A DNA stretch of 6,641 nt from Candidatus Saccharimonadota bacterium (GTDB taxonomy: Bacteria; Pseudomonadota; Gammaproteobacteria; Enterobacterales; Enterobacteriaceae): contig NZ_CP135010.1 of the NCBI RefSeq assembly GCF_039383305.1, positions 1 to 6,641 on the forward strand. Reading direction: 5' to 3'. Under the pieces are notes generated by a model that worked only from the letters and a program-made list of their open reading frames with translations, was not told the DNA's origin and searched no databases. The first letter of the stretch is position 1. Each line of letters begins with the position of its first letter. The position numbers were made by a program, and so were the translations under genes. Below are positions 1 to 5,376 of the stretch, piece after piece.

Positions 1-112
1 CTTTTTCTTCTTTTTTGTTTTTTCTTTTTCTTCTTTTTTGTTTTTTCTTTTTCTTCTTTTTTGTTTTTTCTTTTTTGTTTTTTCTTTTTTCTTTTTTGTT
101 TTTTCTTTTTTT
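1..112. repeat. 23-bp pyrimidine-rich tandem repeat, G-variant: CTTTTTCTTCTTTTTTGTTTTTT, 3 perfect copies (1-23, 24-46, 47-69), then truncated or degenerate units (CTTTTTTGTTTTTT at 70-83 and 91-104)
   Basis: Counted directly. Only 5 purines (G at 17, 40, 63, 77, 98) occur in 112 nt of the plus strand. It is the same unit family as the array at the window end. Confidence 0.95.
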
Positions 113-120
113 AAAGTAAT

Positions 121-181
121 ATGTTATTTTGCATCTATTTCTTAAGAAGCATGTATTTTGAAAAAGTATATGCATCTATTT
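121..181. repeat. Short direct repeats GCAT(C/G)TATTT at 131-140, 149-158 and 172-181, plus related ATGTTATTTT at 121-130, surrounding a 10-bp palindrome TTCTTAAGAA (139-148)
   Basis: Read directly. TGCATCTATTT is identical at 130-140 and 171-181. The palindrome was checked by reverse complement. Confidence 0.7.
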
Positions 182-205
182 TAAAAATATATAAATTTTT
201 TTTTA

Positions 206-239
206 TTTTTTTTTTTTTTTTTAATAAAAAAAAAAAAAA
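206..239. repeat. Inverted homopolymer pair T17-AAT-A14 (pure A/T, hairpin- or melt-prone)
   Basis: T run 206-222, AAT 223-225, A run 226-239, counted from the sequence. Confidence 0.9.
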
Positions 240-240
240 T

Positions 241-350
241 GAGAAAAAATGAGAAAAAATGAGAAAAAATGAGAAAAAATGAGAAAAAATGAGAAAAAAT
301 GAGAAAAAATGAGAAAAAATGAGAAAAAATGAGAAAAAATGAGAAAAATT
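241..350. repeat. 10-bp tandem repeat GAGAAAAAAT: 10 perfect copies (241-340) plus 1 variant copy GAGAAAAATT (341-350). Each unit carries an A6 tract.
   Basis: Counted directly. The array ends 19 bp from the repA stop codon (370-372). Confidence 0.97.
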
Positions 351-369
351 TTTTATAAAAAAAAATTAA

Positions 370-1203
370 TTATAAATTTGCTAATTTTCGTAATTTAAAA
401 TATTCAATATTCACCTGTCGTTTTAACGCATCCACGCCCATTTCACAAAGTTCTTCAATCGAATAACGTTTAATTAACATATTTAAAATATAAGAACGTG
501 CTTTTGTTTCTTTTAATTTAATAATTTTAATAGCATAATTTTTTTGTTTTTTTATTACATGTTTAAATTTTCTTGCTTGAAAAGCGTAATAAATATGTTT
601 TTCTTTAGCCCGTCTTTTAGCTTCTAAACTTGTAATTTTTTTTAAACCGTTTTTCAATAATTTTTTATTGATCCAATCTAATTGTCTTTTTCGAACTTGT
701 TTGAATTTCATTTTCGAAATGTTACATAATAAAAAAAATAAAGGAGTTAAAAAAATCATTTTAGGAATATACATACCTAAAACTTTATCCCATACTTTTT
801 CACATTTTACAAAACCCATCGGTTCCATAAATTGTGTAATTAAACGAGAAGCACGAGTAATAGATTTATTACCAGCTTTTGATTTAGTGGATAATCCACA
901 TTGATCAGAAAGTTTTTCTACAGATGCCATAACTAAAGTAGAAGCAATATTAAAATAATATAACATTGCTTGCACCATAGCACGAAAAGCTCTAGCTCGA
1001 TGTTCATTTAAACGTCTTAAACGAAAAATAGTTTTACCAGTTTTTAAATCTTTTAATTGTCTTGTATAATTAATTTCATGACGTGCTACATCTATTTTTA
1101 AAGCACATTTCATAGCATATCGAATAAAAGCCGGACGTTTTTTAGAATTTAATAATGGTACAAACATTGGATATGGATTATATACATATTTTTTTCTAGA
1201 CAC
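370..1203 (-). CDS. repA: Plasmid replication initiator, IncFII-family RepA (RepA1-like), 277 aa, GTG start
   Basis: By eye, YVYNPYPMFVP and the block QCGLSTKSKAGNKSITRASRLITQF...MYIPK align with R100/R1 RepA1 as I remember it (NPNPVFTP; ECGLATESAAGKLSITRATRALTFL; CYIPT). An in-frame TAG lies 3 codons upstream, so GTG at 1203 is the only start that keeps the conserved N-terminus. AGG (1211-1209) sits 5 nt upstream of the GTG. Confidence 0.9.
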   Translation of the reverse strand: MSRKKYVYNPYPMFVPLLNSKKRPAFIRYAMKCALKIDVARHEINYTRQLKDLKTGKTIFRLRRLNEHRARAFRAMVQAMLYYFNIASTLVMASVEKLSDQCGLSTKSKAGNKSITRASRLITQFMEPMGFVKCEKVWDKVLGMYIPKMIFLTPLFFLLCNISKMKFKQVRKRQLDWINKKLLKNGLKKITSLEAKRRAKEKHIYYAFQARKFKHVIKKQKNYAIKIIKLKETKARSYILNMLIKRYSIEELCEMGVDALKRQVNIEYFKLRKLANL

Positions 1204-1225
1204 TGTAACCTATACTTAGGCGGAC
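1204..1225 (-). promoter_or_regulatory. repA translation-initiation region: GC-rich box 5'-GUCCGCCUAAG-3' (1225-1215, minus sense), 3 nt, SD AGG (1211-1209), 5 nt, GTG
   Basis: Read directly. The box is an island of G/C in almost pure A/T. It is the reverse complement of part of the E1 loop (1338-1351), with a 2-nt bulge. Confidence 0.5.
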
Positions 1226-1307
1226 AAAAATAAAAAATAATTAGTAATACATATATTTTAAAAGAAAAAACTTTCTTAAAAAATATTAACATAAATTTCA
1301 AAAAAAA

Positions 1308-1372
1308 ATTTATATTTAAAAAACCAAATTTGTATCGGTCCGCCCCTAAAGTGGCAAATCTGATATTTTTTA
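1308..1372. promoter_or_regulatory. Element E1: ATTTATATTTAAA 13-mer, then a hairpin (arms 1325-1332 / 1355-1362, 7 of 8 pairs, 22-nt loop TATCGGTCCGCCCCTAAAGTGG). It is flanked by A6 (1318-1323) and T6 (1366-1371), so it looks terminator-like on both strands.
   Basis: Arms CAAATTTG and CAAATCTG were checked for complementarity. The loop is the only G/C-rich stretch in the 321-bp leuA-repA spacer. E1 is homologous to E2 at 3244-3321. It could act as the leuA terminator, as a repA leader structure, and/or as an antisense-RNA hairpin. Confidence 0.55.
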
Positions 1373-1524
1373 TGCACTTGAAAAAATTTCAAATCTAATT
1401 ATTTTATAAAAAGAATAAAATGAAAAACTTAAATATAAAAATTTATATTTTTAAAATTTTCTTAAAAAATATTTTAATTTTTAATAATAATAATATATCA
1501 TATTCTCTATTAAAAATATAATTT

Positions 1525-3072
1525 TTATTTATTTAATTTTCCTAATTGTTTACCTACTTGGCAAGATTTCCAAATATCATTAAAAACATTAATCAAAGCT
1601 TGAGCTGAAGCTTCAATAATATCAGTAGCTAACCCAATTCCATGAAAATTACGAGTCTTATATTTTACAACAATATCTACTTTACCTAATGCGTCTTTAC
1701 CTTCTCCATTAGCTTCTAAATGAAACTTTTTTAAAATTATTGAATATAATGTAGCTTTATTTAAAGCGTGATATAAAGCATCTACAGGTCCATTAGAAGT
1801 AGTAGATTTTTGGATATTAATTTGTGTACCACATAATAAAACAATTGAAGCCGTGGCTAAACCTGATAATTTAGATTCAATATGAAAATATTCTAATTTA
1901 AAATATTCTTTTTTAACTTGTTGTTGATTAATAAAAGCTAAAGCTTCTAAATCATAATCAAAAATTTGTCCTTTTTTATCTGCTAATTTTAAAAAATCAA
2001 TATATAAAATATCTAAATTGTAATCATGTTCTAAATATCCCATTTCTTTCATACGATATTTAATAGCTGCTCGACCTGATCTAGAAGTTAAATTTAATTG
2101 ACTATTTTTTACACCAATTTTAATCGGATTTAAAATTTCATAATTTTCTCTATTCTTTAAAACACCATCTTGATGAATTCCAGAAGAATGTGAAAATGCA
2201 TTTTTTCCTACAATAGATTTATTAATAGCTATAGGAGTATTACATAAATGACTAATTATTTTACTAGTTCTATAAATTTCTTTATGTTTTATTTGAGTCA
2301 TTACACCTAATCTATTTTTATGTATTTCTAATGCCATAATAATTTCTTCTAAAGCAGTATTCCCAGCTCTTTCCCCTAAACCATTAATTGTACCTTCAAT
2401 TTGACGAGCCCCCGCTTCAATTGCGCTAATAGAATTTCCAACAGCCATACCCAAATCATTATGACAATGTACCGAAATGATAGATTTATGAATATTAGGA
2501 ACTTTTTCAAATAATGTCTGAATAATATTTTTAAACTGAGTAGGTATAGTATACCCTACTGTATCTGGAATATTAATAGTATTTGCTCCAGCTTGAATTG
2601 CTTTTTCTACAATATAACATAAATTATTTAATGAAGTACGTCCAGCATCTTCGCAAGAAAATTCTATATCATTTGTATATTTTTTAGCATATTTGATAGA
2701 ATTTAGCATCATCTCTACAATTTCTGAAAAACTTTTTTTTAATTTAGATTGTATATGTAATGCAGATGTTCCTAAAAACAAATGTATCCTAAAATTTAAA
2801 GATTTTTTCATAGCTTTAGCTGCTATATCAATATCACCTTTTAAACAACGAGCTAAACTACAAATTTTACTATCTTTAATCTCTTTTGCAATCATTTTAA
2901 TAGAATTATAATCTCCTGGAGAAGATATTGGAAAACCAACTTCAATAATGTCAACTCCTAAGCGCTCTAAAGCACGTGCAATTTGTATTTTTTTATTGAT
3001 ACTTAAACTTGCTTGTAATGCTTGTTCTCCATCTCGTAAAGTCGTATCAAAAATTATAACTTTTTGATTCAT
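1525..3072 (-). CDS. leuA: 2-isopropylmalate synthase, 515 aa
   Basis: The N-terminus [24 protein letters not shown] is nearly identical to E. coli LeuA ([24 protein letters not shown], from memory). The [11 protein letters not shown] metal-site motif is present. It is full length including the C-terminal regulatory domain. AAGGG SD-like sequence lies 4 nt before the ATG. Confidence 0.97.
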   Translation of the reverse strand: MNQKVIIFDTTLRDGEQALQASLSINKKIQIARALERLGVDIIEVGFPISSPGDYNSIKMIAKEIKDSKICSLARCLKGDIDIAAKAMKKSLNFRIHLFLGTSALHIQSKLKKSFSEIVEMMLNSIKYAKKYTNDIEFSCEDAGRTSLNNLCYIVEKAIQAGANTINIPDTVGYTIPTQFKNIIQTLFEKVPNIHKSIISVHCHNDLGMAVGNSISAIEAGARQIEGTINGLGERAGNTALEEIIMALEIHKNRLGVMTQIKHKEIYRTSKIISHLCNTPIAINKSIVGKNAFSHSSGIHQDGVLKNRENYEILNPIKIGVKNSQLNLTSRSGRAAIKYRMKEMGYLEHDYNLDILYIDFLKLADKKGQIFDYDLEALAFINQQQVKKEYFKLEYFHIESKLSGLATASIVLLCGTQINIQKSTTSNGPVDALYHALNKATLYSIILKKFHLEANGEGKDALGKVDIVVKYKTRNFHGIGLATDIIEASAQALINVFNDIWKSCQVGKQLGKLNK

Positions 3073-3155
3073 AGTACCCTTATTATTTTATTAATTTAAA
3101 TATTTTTTATATTTTTTATAAAAATTTTAAAAATATATATTTTTTAAAGAATTTT

Positions 3156-3184
3156 ATTATATCATATTTTTTTTTTTTTGTAAG
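3156..3184 (-). promoter_or_regulatory. Candidate leuA promoter: -35 CTTACA (3184-3179), 17-bp spacer, -10 TATAAT (3161-3156)
   Basis: The -10 is perfect and the -35 matches 4 of 6, with correct spacing. It lies about 85 nt upstream of the leuA ATG. TATAAT-like hexamers are common by chance in DNA this AT-rich. Confidence 0.35.
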
Positions 3185-3213
3185 ATTTTCTATTTTTTTT
3201 TTAAAAAAAAATA

Positions 3214-3241
3214 TTGATATTTTTTTAAAATACTATATAAT
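3214..3241 (+). promoter_or_regulatory. Near-consensus sigma70-type promoter on the plus strand: TTGATA (3214-3219), 16 bp, TATAAT (3236-3241), preceded by an A9 tract (3203-3211)
   Basis: The -35 matches 5 of 6, the -10 matches 6 of 6, and the spacer is 16 bp, all counted directly. It is divergent from the candidate leuA promoter. It points at the E2 hairpin and not at any ORF. Confidence 0.5.
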
Positions 3242-3247
3242 TTATTT

Positions 3248-3320
3248 ATATTTAAATTTTTTTTAAGCCCTCAGAATTATATCAGGCCCGCCCAAGCATT
3301 GGTAATTCTGAGGGTTTTTT
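3248..3320 (+). ncRNA. Candidate small RNA of about 70-75 nt (element E2): AU-rich 5' tail, 12-bp perfect stem, 23-nt GC-rich loop, U6 tail
   Basis: The 5' end is predicted about 7 nt after the -10 at 3236-3241, and the 3' end at the T-run 3315-3320. There is no ORF. All boundaries are predicted, not observed. Confidence 0.4.
3268..3320 (+). terminator. Intrinsic-terminator-like hairpin oriented for the plus strand: CCCTCAGAATTA (3268-3279) / TAATTCTGAGGG (3303-3314), loop TATCAGGCCCGCCCAAGCATTGG, then T6
   Basis: The stem is a perfect 12-bp complement with three G:C pairs at its base. The T6 follows on the plus strand only. On the minus strand the stem is followed by CTTAAAAAAAA. Confidence 0.65.
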
Positions 3321-3357
3321 AATTTTTGTTTATTGTAAAATATTAAAAAATTTTTAA

Positions 3358-3981
3358 TTAAAATAAATTTTTTTTCAAAATTTCATATTTAGAAATTTTA
3401 TCTTTATATTTTAAAGTATTATCAATCATATCTAATCCTAATATAATAGAATTTTTTTGTATTGAATTCATAGAAAATTTTATAATTAATTTATTTAAAA
3501 AAATTTTTTGTTGTATTAAATCTATTGTACATAATAAAGTTGGATTTTTTTTTAAAATATCAAAAATTTTATTAATATAAAATTCTTTAACTTGAATTAA
3601 TATTAATCCATTATTTAAACTATTATTAAAAAAAATATCAGAAAAACTAATTGCAATTATAATTTTAAAACCAAATTCTAATAAAGCCCATACAGCATGC
3701 TCTCTAGATGAACCGCATCCAAAATTTTCTCTTACTAATAAAATATTTGAATTTTTATATATTACTTGATTTAAAATAAAATTTTTATTCTTTATTTTAC
3801 CTTTAGAATCTATAAACCTCCAATTATAAAATAAACTTTTTCCAAAACCTGTTTTTTTAATTTTTTGTAAAAATTGTTTAGGAATAATAATATCAGTATC
3901 AATATTAGAAATATTTAACGGAGTTATTATTCCATTATATTTAATTATTTTATTCATATTTTTTCTTTTTTTAAAAAACAT
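3358..3981 (-). CDS. leuD: 3-isopropylmalate dehydratase small subunit, 207 aa as drawn. An alternative start at the second Met (3957, MNKIIKYNG...) gives 199 aa and aligns better with the E. coli LeuD N-terminus.
   Basis: Motifs DTDIIIPKQFLQKI and RENFGCGSSREHAVWAL match LeuD. The ATG at 3981 lies only 3 nt after the leuC stop. Confidence 0.93.
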   Translation of the reverse strand: MFFKKRKNMNKIIKYNGIITPLNISNIDTDIIIPKQFLQKIKKTGFGKSLFYNWRFIDSKGKIKNKNFILNQVIYKNSNILLVRENFGCGSSREHAVWALLEFGFKIIIAISFSDIFFNNSLNNGLILIQVKEFYINKIFDILKKNPTLLCTIDLIQQKIFLNKLIIKFSMNSIQKNSIILGLDMIDNTLKYKDKISKYEILKKNLF

Positions 3982-3984
3982 TTT

Positions 3985-5376
3985 TTAAAATGAATATAAT
4001 TTTCCATATAATGCAATATGAGCGGCTAACCAAGGACTCATTAAATGAGTACGTCCTTTAGAACCTTGCCGCCCTTCAAAATTACGATTACTAGTAGAAG
4101 CACATCTTTGATAAGGTTTTAAATAATCATCATTCATTCCTAGACACATTGAACATCCCGGATGTCTCCATTGAAAACCTGCATTTTTAAAAATTTTATC
4201 TAATCCTTCTTTTTCAGCTTGTTTTTTTACTAATTTAGAACCAGGAACAATAATAGCTTCTAAAGTATTAGAAATTTTTTTATTTTTTACTACTGTAGCC
4301 ACAATACGTAAATCTTCTATTCTAGAATTAGTACATGAACCTATAAAAACTTTATCAAATGTTAAATTAATTAAACTTTGTCCATTTTTTAACCCCATAT
4401 ATTCTAAAGATCGTTTTATATCTTCTTGTTCAGATAGAGTAGAAAAATTTTTTAATTTAGGAATTTTTTCTGTAATAGAAATTACTTGAGAAGGATTAGT
4501 GCCCCAAGTTATTTGAGGTAATAAAGTTGTAATATCAAAACATATTTTTTGATCAAAAAAAACATTAACATCCGATTTTAAAAAATTCCATTTTTTAATT
4601 ATATCTGTCCATATATAATTTTTAGGTATAAAATTTTTATTTTTTAAATAAGAATAAGTAATATGATCAGGTGGAATTAATCCAGATTTTGCGCCCATTT
4701 CAACTGCCATATTACAAATTGTCATACGACTTTCCATACTTAGTTGTTTAATAACTGATCCATTAAATTCAATAACATAACCTACACCTTTAGAAGTACC
4801 TAAAGTACGAATTAATCCTAAAATAATATCTTTTGAAAAGATTTTTTTATTTTGTTTTCCAATAATATTAATTAACATATTTTTCATACGTTTTTGTCGT
4901 AAAGTTTGTGTAGCAAAAACATGTTCCACTTCTGAAGTTCCAATACCAAAAGATAAAGTTCCAAATGCTCCATGTGTAGAAGTGTGAGAATCACCACATA
5001 CAATTGTCATGCCAGGTAAAGTCATACCTTGTTCTGGTCCCATTACATGAACAATGCCTTGATTAGGATGAGATATATCATAACAAGGAATATTATAATC
5101 TACACAATTTTTAATTAAAGTTTCCATTTGTAAACGAGATTTTTTTTTTATTAAATTAAAATTTTGGTGTAATGTAGGTACATTATGATCCATTGTAGCA
5201 AAAGTTTTTTGAGGTTGTCGTACTATCCGATTTTTCAAACGTAAACCTTCAAAAGCTTGAGGAGAAGTTACTTCATGAATTAAATGTAAATCTATGTACA
5301 AAAGAGGTAATTCATTTACAGACTCATATACAACGTGTTTATCAAAAATTTTTTGATATAAAGTTTTTTTTTTCAT
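3985..5376 (-). CDS. leuC: 3-isopropylmalate dehydratase large subunit, 463 aa
   Basis: Aconitase-family motifs are present: [67 protein letters not shown]. It appears collinear with E. coli LeuC (466 aa, from memory), and the three Fe-S cysteines are retained. Confidence 0.97.
   Translation of the reverse strand: MKKKTLYQKIFDKHVVYESVNELPLLYIDLHLIHEVTSPQAFEGLRLKNRIVRQPQKTFATMDHNVPTLHQNFNLIKKKSRLQMETLIKNCVDYNIPCYDISHPNQGIVHVMGPEQGMTLPGMTIVCGDSHTSTHGAFGTLSFGIGTSEVEHVFATQTLRQKRMKNMLINIIGKQNKKIFSKDIILGLIRTLGTSKGVGYVIEFNGSVIKQLSMESRMTICNMAVEMGAKSGLIPPDHITYSYLKNKNFIPKNYIWTDIIKKWNFLKSDVNVFFDQKICFDITTLLPQITWGTNPSQVISITEKIPKLKNFSTLSEQEDIKRSLEYMGLKNGQSLINLTFDKVFIGSCTNSRIEDLRIVATVVKNKKISNTLEAIIVPGSKLVKKQAEKEGLDKIFKNAGFQWRHPGCSMCLGMNDDYLKPYQRCASTSNRNFEGRQGSKGRTHLMSPWLAAHIALYGKLYSF

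Larger units (their letters stand above)
1..369. other. Putative replication-origin region downstream of repA, probably continuing across the circular junction into 6534-6641
   Basis: This is the position of oriR in IncFII-type replicons, which lies just 3' of repA. The region combines four repeat classes, a long T/A-only unwinding-prone segment and phased A-tracts, and contains no ORF. Assignment rests on position and architecture only. Confidence 0.45.

Noticed and set aside
241-350. Reading frames in the 10-bp array: plus strand ATG AGA AAA AAT GAG AAA AAA TGA repeated; minus strand open in all frames (IFSHFFSFFL repeated)
   Set aside because: These are a by-product of a 10-nt unit that happens to contain ATG and TGA. 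There is no SD, the frames cycle every unit, and the array is far better explained as structural or origin DNA.
1-350. CRISPR array as an explanation for the tandem repeats (also 6550-6641)
   Set aside because: The units are directly abutting with no unique spacers, they are 10 and 23 bp of low-complexity sequence, and no cas genes are present.
796-804. DnaA-box-like 9-mers: TTTTTCACA (796-804), TAATCCACA (892-900), TTATGCACT (1370-1378)
   Set aside because: Two lie inside repA coding sequence and one has a mismatch in the CACA core. The relaxed consensus TTWTNCACA is expected by chance in T-rich DNA, and none lies in the presumed origin at 1-369. The site at 1370-1378 next to E1 is noted only as a weak possibility.
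668-904. 78-aa ORF on the plus strand
   Set aside because: It lies entirely antisense within repA, has no recognisable motifs, and has the Phe/Ile/Lys/Asn-rich composition expected from the reverse strand of an AT-rich gene. It is most likely a shadow ORF.
2693-2911. 72-aa ORF on the plus strand
   Set aside because: It lies entirely antisense within the well-conserved leuA and has low-complexity hydrophobic composition. It is a shadow ORF.
3073-3160. leu leader peptide / attenuator upstream of leuA, as in the enteric leuL
   Set aside because: The minus-sense sequence here has no ATG-initiated mini-ORF with consecutive Leu codons and no alternative terminator or antiterminator hairpins. It is nearly pure A/T.
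3268-3314. E2 hairpin as the rho-independent terminator of leuBCD (minus strand)
   Set aside because: On the minus strand the stem is followed by CTTAAAAAAAA, not a U-tract, and the T6 is on the plus-strand side only. A role in the minus-sense RNA, such as a processing or stability element, cannot be excluded, but it is not a canonical terminator in that direction.
3268-3320. E2 as a tRNA or tmRNA fragment
   Set aside because: It has a single long stem with one loop, with no cloverleaf arms, no T-loop GTTCRANYC-like sequence and no acceptor stem.
1308-3321. E1/E2 as integron attC sites, MITE ends or transposon inverted repeats mobilising leuA
   Set aside because: There is no integrase or transposase and no GTTRRRY/RYYYAAC core sites. 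The two copies are direct rather than inverted, and no target-site duplication is visible. Only generic recombination or duplication is retained as a hypothesis.
4069-4074. Fourth occurrence of CCGCCC (within leuC)
   Set aside because: It falls in codons for the universally conserved FEGRQG segment of LeuC and lacks the flanking TATC/AAG/TGG context and the hairpin. It is explained by coding constraint and is not another copy of the E element.
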